A DNA stretch of 64,000 bases from an uncultured Planctomycetaceae bacterium (GCA_963815195.1 CAWFGE010000020.1:224001-288000), one strand, 5' to 3'; shown: positions 40,338-51,001, numbered from the stretch's first letter. Translations and numbers: made by a program. Notes: generated from the letters alone by a model not told the origin.

Positions 40338-42074
40338 CTATTCGCTTGCGGAGGACTCTTCCTCGGCGGGTTTTTTTTCCGGTTCGGCGAATTTGAACAG
40401 CTTCGTGTTGCCGAATTTCTTTTCGCACTTGGGGCACTTGGTCTTGGCGATGGTCTTGCCTTTGAGGCCGCCGATCTTTTCTTTCCGGCGGGCTTCTTCG
40501 CTGACGACCAACCCGCAGCCTTCGCACCGCCAGCCGGCGAGTTCCAACTGCATGTTGGGATCGGCTTCGTAGAGTTTCGCCGCGTCGGGATCGAGGACTT
40601 TCAGCGACTCTTCCGAATAGTGGCATTTGAGATCGAGGATCGGATCGGTCAGCGGCACGCCCTCGAGGATTCCCAGGTCCTTGATCTGGAAATACTTTTC
40701 CAAAGCGGAGGAAAACAGGCGAAACTCGCTGAGCCAGAACGCCAGGAATCGCTGCTCGGGGCTGTCGGGCTTCGTCGGCAGGCAGACCACGATTCGGCCT
40801 TCGCCGAACACCGGGACGCCCGCAAACATCGACTCGTGCACGTAAACCACGGGCTGGACGACCTTGAATTGCTTCACGGTGTCCGCATCGAAAAACTCGT
40901 GCTTGGGGGCAGGCAGGTCGGCTTTTTTCTTGTCGGCCTCCAGGTGCTTGCGGACTTCCTGGCGGAGATCGTCGGGCGTGCCTTTCGGCCGGCTGAACAG
41001 CGTGAAGACAGGCTTCTTGGCGAGGCCGATGACGATCACGCCCTGCGCGGAGCAGCCCACATCGACATGTTCGAATTGCTTTTCCACGCTGCCGGGCTTG
41101 AGCCGCAGCTTTTGGGGATTGATCGCGTGCTGCCGAACGTCGAGGATCCAGGCCCATTTCTCTTCGGCCTTCTTCTTTTTTTGCTCGGCGGCCCGTTTTT
41201 GTGCGGCTTTGCGTTTGGCCAGCGCGCGTTTCTGGCCGGCCAGCCGTTCGGGCGAGGGCGGTTCCTCTGCGGACGTCCGTTTGGACTTGGAGGCTTTTGG
41301 CTTTTTGTTCCGCTGGGCTTCCCGCTGTTTGCGGACGCCCTCCGATTCTTGTTCCTCCTTCATCGCGATGTCCAGCAGCACATCCCCGCCCGTGGCCACA
41401 GAGTGCGCTTCCGCGTCGGGATCGTCGTCGACCGGGGGACGTTTGGATTCCGGCGCGGCGGCCTCCGGCGGTGCGGAATTTTCGGGTTCCCCTTCCGGGG
41501 GCTGGGTCGGCCGGTTTGCGGGGGAGGCCGGAGTTTTGGCACCGGCACCGTTTGATGGCGCGGGATGAGACGGGGGTGGTTCGCTTATGCGGTAGGTGTC
41601 CGAAGTCGGCTCGGACGGGGCGGCGGCCTGTTGGAAGGCGTAGCCGTCGGACAACTCGAAGTCATCGTCATCGTCAGTTGACGACGGGGGCGACGCAGAC
41701 GCAGGCGACGCAGGCGACGCAGGCGACGCAGGGCCTGGCTGAGGTCCCGCTGACCTGGGTTGTTGCGAGCGGTTGTTGCCGGACTGCGATTGGCTGTAGG
41801 TGAAGTCGCGGTGTCCGCGGAGCATTTCGTAATAGGCTTCTTGGATGTCCTCTCGCAAAAAGCTGCTGCAATTCCAGCACCGCACCAGGCCGATCTGGTT
41901 CGCCTCTCCGCAATTTCGGCAGGGGATTTGCGCGCTGCGGCTTTTGGACAAGTCGTCCTGGCTGATCGATCCCGCCCCGACTTCATCCAGGACATGCTGG
42001 CAGTTGGGACAAATGACGGTATCGCTGAACAACATCGTCCGGCAGGACGGGCAAGCGATCATTGAAACAGTCAT
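40338..42074 (-). CDS. Hypothetical protein with N- and C-terminal zinc-ribbon (CxxC) clusters
   Basis: CPSC, CPNC, CRNC and CWNC at the N-terminus; CEGC and CPKC at the C-terminus; Pro/Ala/Ser-rich linker. Confidence 0.7.
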   Translation of the reverse strand: MTVSMIACPSCRTMLFSDTVICPNCQHVLDEVGAGSISQDDLSKSRSAQIPCRNCGEANQIGLVRCWNCSSFLREDIQEAYYEMLRGHRDFTYSQSQSGNNRSQQPRSAGPQPGPASPASPASPASASPPSSTDDDDDFELSDGYAFQQAAAPSEPTSDTYRISEPPPSHPAPSNGAGAKTPASPANRPTQPPEGEPENSAPPEAAAPESKRPPVDDDPDAEAHSVATGGDVLLDIAMKEEQESEGVRKQREAQRNKKPKASKSKRTSAEEPPSPERLAGQKRALAKRKAAQKRAAEQKKKKAEEKWAWILDVRQHAINPQKLRLKPGSVEKQFEHVDVGCSAQGVIVIGLAKKPVFTLFSRPKGTPDDLRQEVRKHLEADKKKADLPAPKHEFFDADTVKQFKVVQPVVYVHESMFAGVPVFGEGRIVVCLPTKPDSPEQRFLAFWLSEFRLFSSALEKYFQIKDLGILEGVPLTDPILDLKCHYSEESLKVLDPDAAKLYEADPNMQLELAGWRCEGCGLVVSEEARRKEKIGGLKGKTIAKTKCPKCEKKFGNTKLFKFAEPEKKPAEEESSASE

Positions 42075-42280
42075 ACGAATCGGCATCCAGTCGGAACCGC
42101 GGGCGTCCGCAATTCGCTCAATGAGGAGAGATGGGAAGTGAATGAGTTAATAATCGATGAAAACGGATTCATTTACTGTACCAAAGCCCTGTGAGGATTT
42201 CAGCCGGACTTTTTCGACATTTTCCCCTATTCCCCAAGATCGCGGGATTTTTTCCACGATTTGCGGAAGTGTTTCGGATT

Positions 42281-43111
42281 TTATTCGCCGGGGAATGCCC
42301 AGGAAATTGGATCGCTTTCCTTTTCGCTGGCCCAAGCGGAAAGCGGAGGGAATTGGTGTTTAAGTCGATCGGCCAACATCTCCAAGGCAGGACGTTCGGA
42401 GGCGTAGTGTCCTAACAAAATCATCGCGATTCCCAAGGCGCGGGCTTCCAGACAGGCGTGAAATCTCGCTTCTCCGGTAAGGAATGCCTGGCATCCTTGG
42501 CGGTGGGCGTCGGGAAGAAATTCCGCGGCGGCCCCGCAGGCGATTCCCACCCGCTGAATCGGCGGATTTTCCGCGCCGACATATTGATATTGACTGATAT
42601 TCAGCTTGGTTTCGAGGTTTTTCTGGAATTTCGTCCATGAGAGCGGTTCCGGAAAATCCCCGAACCGCCCGGAACCCGCGGGCGCCGGACATTCCGCTCC
42701 CGCGAATTCCGCGTCCGGAATCGGCCGGAGCGGGGCAATATCCAAAAGCCCTAACTGATTGGCCAGCCATTGGTTAATGCCGCCCGACCCGTTGTCGAAC
42801 GCGGTGTGCGGCGAATACACGGCGACGCCCGCGCGGACCAATTCCAACAGCATTCGGCCTTCGAGGGTGTCGGTCGTCAGCCGTTTGACGGAGTTGAACA
42901 GAATTGGATGATGCGTGACCACGAGCCCCGCTGTCCGCGCGATCGCCTCTTCCGCCACATCGGGAGTGAGCGTCAAACAGGTCATCACCGACCGAATCGC
43001 AGCATCGGCGTCGCCCAACAGCAGACCGACGTTGTCCCAATCCTCCGCAAGCGCCGGAGCCGCGAGGGATTCCAAAAACTGAACCACGTCGGAAACCAAA
43101 GTCGTGCTCAT
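42281..43111 (-). CDS. Nif3-like dinuclear metal hexameric protein (YbgI family)
   Basis: AEDWDNVGLL, VTHHPILF, YSPHTAFD, LTGEARFH and GHYASE. Confidence 0.92.
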   Translation of the reverse strand: MSTTLVSDVVQFLESLAAPALAEDWDNVGLLLGDADAAIRSVMTCLTLTPDVAEEAIARTAGLVVTHHPILFNSVKRLTTDTLEGRMLLELVRAGVAVYSPHTAFDNGSGGINQWLANQLGLLDIAPLRPIPDAEFAGAECPAPAGSGRFGDFPEPLSWTKFQKNLETKLNISQYQYVGAENPPIQRVGIACGAAAEFLPDAHRQGCQAFLTGEARFHACLEARALGIAMILLGHYASERPALEMLADRLKHQFPPLSAWASEKESDPISWAFPGE

Positions 43112-43390
43112 GGCGACCGTTTCATGAAGGGGAGGCTTTGCCGGTTGTCAACGGAGGCAGAGAGAATCACCCTCCCTCCACCTTTGCCAATTCTCCCCGA
43201 ATTGCCAAGCCTTGCGGGTTGATGCATCTTTTCTGATGAAACCGCGTGGGAGAGGCGGTGGAATTCAGATTTGTCTGGACCTTTTGACGATATTTGAGTA
43301 ATACCCCGGACTGCATAAATCCGGTTCTTTTTCCCTATTTGCCTATCATCGCTTCCACGCGGCTGAGTTCTCGTTGTTCGGAGTGAGAGA

Positions 43391-45247
43391 ATGAGACATC
43401 GGCTGGCCGTGATTTTGCCGACTTTCCTGGCAATCTACGTCGCCTGCTATTATACGGCATTCCTGCTCCGATGCGACTTTATCATCCCGCCGGAGGTGAT
43501 GGAATGGTTTTGGACCAGTTTGCCGGTCGTTATTGCGCTCAAGTTCTTGGTGTGCATGGCGACGGGTGAATGGCGGCGGACGTTCCGCTATGCCGCGCTC
43601 CCGGACATGCAATGGGTGGTCATCGGGGCGACGATCTCGGCGGCGGCGATTTATCTGGCGAACATCCTCGTTTTCCCCGCCCTCCTGCATGCGATTCCGC
43701 GGTCGGTGATCGTCATCGATTGGGTGTTCTCCATTGCGCTTTCGGGGCTGTTGCGGATGGGCTGCCGGCTTTACACCGAAAGCCTGCGGCCGATGTTTCT
43801 CAGGCAGGCGAAGAATCCCACGCTGATTTACGGAACCGGACCGGAGGGGATTGGAATTCTCCGCGCGATCCAGGCCGGCGAGATGGGCTTTCAGGTCGTG
43901 GGACTCGTCGGCGACGGTCCGCGAAAACAGCGGGCCATGATCGCCGGCGTGGAGATGTTCTCCACACGCATCGGCTGGACTCGGCTCGCGAACAAGACCG
44001 GGGCGAAGCACATCCTCGTCCCCGGATCGACGCCCGGCAAGGCGATTCGCGACATCACCTCCCACTGCGGCGAGTTGGGGGTGAAAGTCCACGTGATCCC
44101 GGCCGTTCAGGAAATCATCGACGGCCGGTACAAACTGGCGATTCGCGATGTAGACATCGCCGACTTGCTCCGCCGGGAGCCGGCCCAACTCGATATGGGC
44201 AGCATTCGCGAATACGTGACGGGCCGGCGAGTGCTGGTGACGGGCGCCGCCGGCAGCATCGGCTCGGAACTCTGCCGGCAGATTCTCACCTTCTCGCCCG
44301 CGGCGGTGGTGCTCGTGGATCAGTCGGAGTTCGGCATTTTTCAGATGGAACGCGAACTGGCGGGCCGCTCGGACATTTCGGCGAAACTCCATTTGGAAAT
44401 CGCCGACGTGACCGACCCCATCTCCATCGGGCGGATTTTTGCAGAACACCGGCCGCAGTTGGTGTTTCACGCGGCGGCCTACAAGCACGTCCCGCTGATG
44501 GAAAAAAACCCTCGCGAAGCCGTGCGGAACAACATCGGCGGCACGCGGACAGTGGTGGACGTGGCGGCGGTTTCCGGCGTGGAGCGGTTTGTGCTGATTT
44601 CGACCGACAAAGCCGTGTGCCCGACCAGCGTGATGGGAGCGACCAAGCTCATCGCGGAAAAGTACGTCCAATGGACCTCCACCACGGCCGACACCCAGAT
44701 GGTGACGGTGCGGTTTGGGAACGTGCTCAATTCGGCCGGTTCCGTCGTGCCCACGTTTCGGCGGCAAATCGCCCAGGGCGGTCCGGTCACGGTGACGCAT
44801 CCCGAAATGACGCGGTTTTTCATGACGATTCCCGAAGCCGTGCAACTCGTGCTGCAAGCTGGCGCGGTGGGCGGTTCGGGCGATGTGCTGATTCTGGAAA
44901 TGGGCGAGCCGGTGAAGATCGTCGATCTCGCCAAAGACATGATCGCGCTCTCCGGGCTGAAGTACAAAGAAGACATCGACATTGTCTTCACCGGCATGCG
45001 GCCCGGCGAAAAGCTCTACGAGGAACTGTTCTACCCGGAAGAAGAAGGCACGAAGAAGGTGCACGATAAAATCTTCCGCTCAAGCCGGGACGTGCTGCCC
45101 CTGCCTCAGATCAAAGCCGACGTGAGCCGCCTGGAGGCGGCCGTCAAAGATCCGCAGGCGGACGTGGGCGCGCTGCTTCGCGAAATCGTGGCCGGCCACA
45201 CGTCGGCCGTGGACGTCCCGCCCGTTCGCATGCGCGCGGCGGCCTAA
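43391..45247 (+). CDS. Polysaccharide biosynthesis nucleotide-sugar dehydratase (CapD/PglF-like)
   Basis: N-terminal TM helices; VTGAAGSIGSEL, FHAAAYKHVP, ISTDKAV, RFGNVL and RPGEKLYEEL. Confidence 0.92.
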   Translation: MRHRLAVILPTFLAIYVACYYTAFLLRCDFIIPPEVMEWFWTSLPVVIALKFLVCMATGEWRRTFRYAALPDMQWVVIGATISAAAIYLANILVFPALLHAIPRSVIVIDWVFSIALSGLLRMGCRLYTESLRPMFLRQAKNPTLIYGTGPEGIGILRAIQAGEMGFQVVGLVGDGPRKQRAMIAGVEMFSTRIGWTRLANKTGAKHILVPGSTPGKAIRDITSHCGELGVKVHVIPAVQEIIDGRYKLAIRDVDIADLLRREPAQLDMGSIREYVTGRRVLVTGAAGSIGSELCRQILTFSPAAVVLVDQSEFGIFQMERELAGRSDISAKLHLEIADVTDPISIGRIFAEHRPQLVFHAAAYKHVPLMEKNPREAVRNNIGGTRTVVDVAAVSGVERFVLISTDKAVCPTSVMGATKLIAEKYVQWTSTTADTQMVTVRFGNVLNSAGSVVPTFRRQIAQGGPVTVTHPEMTRFFMTIPEAVQLVLQAGAVGGSGDVLILEMGEPVKIVDLAKDMIALSGLKYKEDIDIVFTGMRPGEKLYEELFYPEEEGTKKVHDKIFRSSRDVLPLPQIKADVSRLEAAVKDPQADVGALLREIVAGHTSAVDVPPVRMRAAA

Positions 45248-45418
45248 GCTTGGAACGTGTTCGATAATCTGAGCGGTAGGCGCTCGCCTCCGGCGAACGA
45301 CCGATTTGCGGAATTTCCCAAGAAATCATGGAAACCGCACGGGGATCGTGGCATAAAGGGAATTGAGGCCGAGTCGCGGTTTGCGATTCGCTTTCTCCTC
45401 CACCGCGGGATCCTTGCC

Positions 45419-46597
45419 ATGTCTCACCGGGCCTTCATCAGTTATGCCAGCCAAAATCGGTCTTACGCCGACGAGATTTACAGCGGCTTAAAAACCGCGG
45501 GCCTGTCGTGCTGGATGGCTCCGCACGACATCGCCCCCGCGGAATCCTGGCTCAAGGCGATCACGCAAGGCGTTCAAGATTGCGATGTGCTGGTGCTGCT
45601 TTTGTGCGCGCATGCCAATTCGTCGAAGTTTGTGCTCCGGGAAGTCGCGCGGGCGGTGCATTACGACAAAAAAATCCTGACCGTGCGGCTCGAAGACCTG
45701 GCCCCTTGCGAGGAGTTGTCCTTTCTGATCTCGCTCGAACAATGGCTGGAGGCGTCTTCGCATCCGCTCGATGTGGTTGTGGCCCGGATTATCCAAACCG
45801 TCGAATCGCTCGCCAAAGCGGCGGGGCCGGACAACTCATCCACCGCCCCCGACCCGTTGGATGCGATGCCCCTTGAGGATTTGATCGAGGAAGGCCTCGA
45901 ATTGGTCGCGGAGGAAATTGGCAAACTGGCGGCGTCCGAAACGCCCGCGACGCCGCGCGACCTGGGCCTGGTGTTGGACACCGCGATTTTTTACGGTGCC
46001 CCCGCCTACAACCGCGGAGCGATCGCGGGCTGCGTCCGGATTTACCTCACGATGGCCCAAGCCTTGGTGGAAGCGGTGGAGTTTGCGTCCGTTGCCGGCA
46101 ACGCTCCGTGGCAGGCCCCGTTCCAGAGGTTCGCCGAGCAGCTCGAGAACCTCCTGGCCGACCATCCCCCGACGGAAGGCCCGGCTGCGGACGAATTGGC
46201 TTGGGCGCTGCGGCATGTTTTCGACCGGTTTCATGCCGCCCGCGGCATTCAAGCCGTCGACGATTTAATCCGCGAGTTGGAGAAAACGGGACGGCCCGTG
46301 ATGCGGGACCTGGCGGCGTGGCCTCTTTTGGTGGCGATTAAGCACGGGAACATTGTCTTTCAAGCGAACGACCTCCAAGGCTGTGCGGAACTTCATCACT
46401 TCACCGGCCGCCGGGTGTGCGAACTGATGGACTCGCTGCCCGCCGCCTCTCCGCCCGATCCCCAAGTGCTGGCTCTTCGCCAAAGTCTCGAAGCCATTTT
46501 GAGGGAGCATCCCCAAGCGGACGCCGGCTCCAGCAGCGAACTGGCATGGGAGCTTTACGGGACATTTCTTGAAATGCTGCAATCCCGCGACGGATAG
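45419..46597 (+). CDS. TIR-domain protein with a duplicated helical C-terminal domain
   Basis: AFISYAS, CWMAPHDI and SSKFVLREV; repeats YGAPAYNRG..GC..IY...LAWALR and HGNIVFQAN..GC...LAWELY. Confidence 0.8.
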   Translation: MSHRAFISYASQNRSYADEIYSGLKTAGLSCWMAPHDIAPAESWLKAITQGVQDCDVLVLLLCAHANSSKFVLREVARAVHYDKKILTVRLEDLAPCEELSFLISLEQWLEASSHPLDVVVARIIQTVESLAKAAGPDNSSTAPDPLDAMPLEDLIEEGLELVAEEIGKLAASETPATPRDLGLVLDTAIFYGAPAYNRGAIAGCVRIYLTMAQALVEAVEFASVAGNAPWQAPFQRFAEQLENLLADHPPTEGPAADELAWALRHVFDRFHAARGIQAVDDLIRELEKTGRPVMRDLAAWPLLVAIKHGNIVFQANDLQGCAELHHFTGRRVCELMDSLPAASPPDPQVLALRQSLEAILREHPQADAGSSSELAWELYGTFLEMLQSRDG

Positions 46598-46809
46598 GCG
46601 CGGGAAATTTCTGCCGAAAACCCATGTTTTCGTGAAAAACCCATCGCAATCCCCCGCTTCCGGATACAATATCGTATTGGAATGATCAAGGAGCGCGGCG
46701 TCTTTCGGGAGGTTGCCATTATCGTGGGCCGCGGTTTTTCCGCCCTCCGCCGCGCGACGATCGACTTGACGGGACATGCCAGGGATTCGGCTCAGCCGGA
46801 GGATCAGCT

Positions 46810-48099
46810 ATGCCGTCCGTCCTCGTGGTCGAAGACAGCCGCACACAATCGACGCAAATCCGCTTGATGCTCAAGCACGCCGAGTTTGAAGTTTATCTCG
46901 CCGAGAACGGCCGCGAAGCCTTGGACGTTCTCAAAACCCACACGCCGGACGTGGTGCTCACCGATCTGCAGATGCCGGAGATGGACGGCCTCGAACTGGT
47001 CCAGGTGCTCCGCGAAAAATACCCCCAGCTGCCCGTGGTCTTGATGACGCAGCACGGCAGCGAGGAAATCGCTTTGGACGCCCTCCGCGGCGGCGCGGCG
47101 AGTTATCTCCCCAAAAACCAGCTCCACCATTTCCTGGTCGCGACGCTCGACGACATCTTGGAGTCGGCCCGGCTGGCCCACCGGCAGGAGCGGATTCAGA
47201 AATGCCGGTTCCGCACGGAAATCCAATACCGGCTGCCCAACGATCCCTCCCTGATGGCCCCGTTGTCCGTCCAGGTGGAGCAGGAACTGGACGACCTGAA
47301 TTTCGCCAATCCCACGACCCGCCGGCAAATTGGCGTCGCCTTGCGGAAGGCACTCGACAATGCGATTTATCACGGCAACCTCGAACTGAAAGTCGAAGAG
47401 CGGGCCGAGGGCGAACTGGTCTATCGGAATCTCGCCGAGGAGCGCCGCCAGAAACCGCCGTGGTGCAACCGGAGCGTGTGGGTCACGGTGACGATCGACG
47501 AAGCCGGGGCCTCGCTCACCGTGCGGGATGAAGGGCCGGGGTTCGATGCCGCCGCGATGCCCGGTTCCAACGGCTCCGCGAATCTCGATGTGCTCCGCGG
47601 CAGCGGGCTGTTATTGATTCGCACCTTCATGGACGAGGTGAGGCACAACGCCCTCGGCAACGAAATCACGATGATCAAACGCCCCCCCGCCGCGGGCGAA
47701 CCCGACTCGCCCGCCGTGTGCCGCCCGGCCGCTGAGAGGCCTCGGCTGTTCAAACTGGAGCCCTTGGAAGACACGCTGGTCATCACGCCGCAGTCCGAGA
47801 AAATCGGCTTCGCGGAATTGGGCATGCCCCACGAGTTGGACGGCATCTTCGAATGGATCCGTCATCCGGAAATCCTGCACGTCCTCGTGGACTTTTCGCA
47901 GATCGATTACTTCTCCTCCTCGGTGCTCGAAGCCCTCCGCACGATCTGGCTCGCCGTGAAAGACAAGCACGGCCGGATGGCGCTCTGCTCGCTCTCGCCC
48001 GCCGGCCGGGAGATCCTGCAACTCTCCCGCTTCGATACCCTCTGGCCCAGCTACCCCGACCGCACCGAAGCGCTATTGGCATTGCATCATCCGGAGTAG
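46810..48099 (+). CDS. Receiver + RsbW-like HATPase + STAS fusion protein
   Basis: VLVVEDS/LTDLQMP (REC); NAIYHGN, VRDEGPGFD and GSGLLLI (HATPase); VDFSQIDYFSSS (STAS). Confidence 0.85.
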   Translation: MPSVLVVEDSRTQSTQIRLMLKHAEFEVYLAENGREALDVLKTHTPDVVLTDLQMPEMDGLELVQVLREKYPQLPVVLMTQHGSEEIALDALRGGAASYLPKNQLHHFLVATLDDILESARLAHRQERIQKCRFRTEIQYRLPNDPSLMAPLSVQVEQELDDLNFANPTTRRQIGVALRKALDNAIYHGNLELKVEERAEGELVYRNLAEERRQKPPWCNRSVWVTVTIDEAGASLTVRDEGPGFDAAAMPGSNGSANLDVLRGSGLLLIRTFMDEVRHNALGNEITMIKRPPAAGEPDSPAVCRPAAERPRLFKLEPLEDTLVITPQSEKIGFAELGMPHELDGIFEWIRHPEILHVLVDFSQIDYFSSSVLEALRTIWLAVKDKHGRMALCSLSPAGREILQLSRFDTLWPSYPDRTEALLALHHPE

Positions 48100-48120
48100 G
48101 GCGTCTGGTGACCGGATTTC

Positions 48121-48424
48121 GTGAGCGGCACGGCGCTAGCCGCCGGCCTTTTAATATCCAAATTTGCGTCGAAAGGCCGGGGGCTAGATGTCGAGCCGCT
48201 CGTTCGCAGCACGCCATTCGACCAAACGCGGCGCCAACAAAAACGCGGGCGAGTCTGGTTCAGCCCTCGCCCCAAAACTTACGAAAAAATCCTCTACCCG
48301 CCTCGCCCCTACAAACGACAGGCGGCTTAACTGAGGAAGGATTTACGAAACTGACATCTAGCCGCCGGCCTTTTAATATCCAAATTTGCGTCGAAAGGCC
48401 GGGGGCTAGCGCCCTTCCGCTCAC
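48121..48424. repeat. REP doublet containing a 170-bp insert flanked by 52-bp direct repeats
   Basis: Direct repeats at 48136-48187 and 48358-48409; insert ends CTAG|ATGTC and GACAT|CTAG. Confidence 0.8.
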
Positions 48425-48577
48425 ATTTTGCGGTTCGCGCAACTTCAAAACTCGCGCTTCGGGCTAATGAATAACGCGGAATTGCGGTCTGTCCACAAAT
48501 GCTGTATCGTTGATGGGTAAGACGGACGATACAACGAGAGAGACAGCAATCTGCAAAATCAATCGGGAGCATTTGCG

Positions 48578-49954
48578 GTGGGAAGACATTCCGCTTTAAA
48601 GGGTTGTGCCGATTTTCGCCGGAGTTTGCGCGGGCTGGACCGGCGGGCGTTTTTGCAAGTCGGCAGCCTCGGACTTTCGGGTTTGACCCTGGGGAACCTG
48701 CTGCGGGCGGAATCGGAAACTCCACAACCGAACCGCGAGAAATCCGTCATCATTTTGTGGATGCGCGGCGGACCGAGCCAGCATGAGACCTGGGATCCCA
48801 AGCCACTGGCTCCGGCGGATTACCGCGGCGTGTTCGGGGCGGCTTCGACCAACGTGCCCGGGATTCAAATTTGCGATCTCTTGCCCCAGTGCGGCCGGAT
48901 TCAGGACAAGTGGTCGATCATCCGCAGCCTGAACCACACCGATGCCGGGCACTCGGCGGGCGATCAACTGTGCTTCACCGGCTACCCCAACGAAGGCAGC
49001 CCCGATCAAAACACCAAGCCCAGTTGCGGGGCGATTGTCGCCAAGCAACTCCAGCACGAAAATCCTAATCTGCCGGCGTATGTGATGATCCCCCGGCAAG
49101 TGCCCGGCACCGATTCCGCCTATTTGGGACCAGGCTGCCAGCCGTTTGAAACCCAGGCCGACCCCGCGAACGACGGGCCGTTCAATGTGCCCAACTTGTC
49201 CTGGCCGTCCGGTTTGTCCGTGGGCCGGGTGGATGACCGCAAAGGCCTGCTCAAGCAGTTGGACACGCTCCGCAAAACCGCCGATTACTCCCGGCAGATG
49301 GAAGCCGTCGATACATTTCAGCAGCAAGCCTGGGAGATGGTGACCAGCGACCGGGCCCGCGAAGCATTCAACCTGGATGCCGAGCCGAAGTCCGTCCGCG
49401 AACGTTACGGCTTCATGCCCGCTTACATCGCCCCCACGCCGGACCGTTGTGGCGTGCCCGCGTGGAGCCAGCGTTTGCTTCTCGCCCGTCGGCTGGTCGA
49501 AGCCGGCGTGCGGTTGGTCACCGTCGATTGCCGATGGTGGGACACGCACGTCAAAGGCTACGAAACGATGCGCGACGGCTTCCTGCCGCGCTGGGACCAG
49601 GCGTATTCCGCCTTGATTGAAGACCTCGATCAGCGGGGGCTGTTGGAATCCACCTTCGTCCTGGCCTGGGGCGAGTTCGGCCGGACGCCCAAGGTCAACA
49701 AGACCGGCGGCCGCGATCATTATCCCAACGTATTCAGCGCCGCCATCGCGGGCGGAGGCGTAAAAGGCGGCCGGGTTGTCGGGGCGTCTGATTCCAAAGG
49801 GGCCTTGCCTCTCGAGAACCCCAAATCCCCACAGGACGTACTCGCGACGCTGTACCGGCACCTGGGCATCGACACCCACGCCCACTACCCCGACCACAGC
49901 GGCCGCCCGATCGCGGTGCTGCCTTCGGGGAACGTGATTCAGGAATTGCTGTAA
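48578..49954 (+). CDS. DUF1501 domain protein
   Basis: LDRRAFL, GGPSQHETWDPKP, WDTH and WGEFGRTPKVN...GRDHYP. Confidence 0.9.
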   Translation: MGRHSALKGCADFRRSLRGLDRRAFLQVGSLGLSGLTLGNLLRAESETPQPNREKSVIILWMRGGPSQHETWDPKPLAPADYRGVFGAASTNVPGIQICDLLPQCGRIQDKWSIIRSLNHTDAGHSAGDQLCFTGYPNEGSPDQNTKPSCGAIVAKQLQHENPNLPAYVMIPRQVPGTDSAYLGPGCQPFETQADPANDGPFNVPNLSWPSGLSVGRVDDRKGLLKQLDTLRKTADYSRQMEAVDTFQQQAWEMVTSDRAREAFNLDAEPKSVRERYGFMPAYIAPTPDRCGVPAWSQRLLLARRLVEAGVRLVTVDCRWWDTHVKGYETMRDGFLPRWDQAYSALIEDLDQRGLLESTFVLAWGEFGRTPKVNKTGGRDHYPNVFSAAIAGGGVKGGRVVGASDSKGALPLENPKSPQDVLATLYRHLGIDTHAHYPDHSGRPIAVLPSGNVIQELL

Positions 49955-49993
49955 CACTGCCACGCTTCATCGAAACCGCGAAGGGAGATTGCC

Positions 49994-50461
49994 ATGCGTC
50001 TATTGCCCGTTTTGATTGTCGCTGTCCTTTCCAGTCTCCCGCAGGCTCGCGCGGCGGAGCCTGTTTCGCAGGAGGCCCGGTCTCTGCAAGGATTCTGGTT
50101 CGGCACCGGGAGCGTGCGGCAGTTTGTGCTGTTGATCGAGGGCGAGAAGTTCATCGTGACCAACCGCTTGGGTGCGCAGGTCTCCACGTTTTCCGTCGAT
50201 CCGGGCACAGACCTTCCCGCGATCGATGTCGTGCGGGATGATGGGAAAACCCAAAAGGGCGTCTATCAATTCGATGGCGACGTCCTGGAATTGACATTGG
50301 CCGACCCGGGTTTGGAACGGCCGGCGGGAAAGACCGTCCGCTCGGCCAGCGGCCTCCGGCGGGTTTACTATCGCTTTGTTCGCCAACCGTCGCCCGAATC
50401 GCTGGAGACGCTCCAAAAGAAATTCCCCAAGGAAGTGGCCGGCGGCTCGGTGCAACCGTAA
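49994..50461 (+). CDS. TIGR03067-like secreted planctomycete protein
   Basis: Signal peptide; LQGFW...IDV...KGVYQFDGDVLEL...RP. Confidence 0.65.
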   Translation: MRLLPVLIVAVLSSLPQARAAEPVSQEARSLQGFWFGTGSVRQFVLLIEGEKFIVTNRLGAQVSTFSVDPGTDLPAIDVVRDDGKTQKGVYQFDGDVLELTLADPGLERPAGKTVRSASGLRRVYYRFVRQPSPESLETLQKKFPKEVAGGSVQP

Positions 50462-50542
50462 AACGGGGCTTCCCTTCCGGGCCGGGGCTTGGCAAACTGG
50501 ATGCACCCGGAAACATCCGCCCGCTTTGCCTGGAGAGACGCC

Positions 50543-51001
50543 ATGATTGAGCTGAAGCGAATCCTGTTGGCGACGGACTTGAGCGATTATGCGAACTGCG
50601 CCACGAACTACGCCTGCGAACTGGCCGACCGGTTCGGCGCGGAACTGCACGTGCTCTACGTGTTCAATGAACTTCTGCCGAGCGCGGATTGGTCGTATCC
50701 GCAATTGAACGAGCACGTCCAAGCCTTCGAGCGCCAGCAGGCGGAGGCGTTGACGAAGGTCATTCCCGCCGATTGGCAGGCGTCGCATCCAGTGGTGCAT
50801 GCGACCGCCCAAGGGAGTGCCGAAGCCGAGGTCATCCGCTACGCGAAAGGGCACGGCATCGATTTGATCGTCGTCGCCACGCATGGCCGGACGGGATTGC
50901 CGCACTTGTTGATCGGCAGCACGGCGGAACGCATCGTCCGCCTGTCTCCCTGCCCGGTGCTGACCGTCCGCCCGGAAGGCCATCAATTCGTGCTGCCTTG
51001 A
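50543..51001 (+). CDS. Universal stress protein
   Basis: KRILLATDLS, DLIVVATHGRTG and GSTAERIVRLSPCPVLTV. Confidence 0.92.
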   Translation: MIELKRILLATDLSDYANCATNYACELADRFGAELHVLYVFNELLPSADWSYPQLNEHVQAFERQQAEALTKVIPADWQASHPVVHATAQGSAEAEVIRYAKGHGIDLIVVATHGRTGLPHLLIGSTAERIVRLSPCPVLTVRPEGHQFVLP

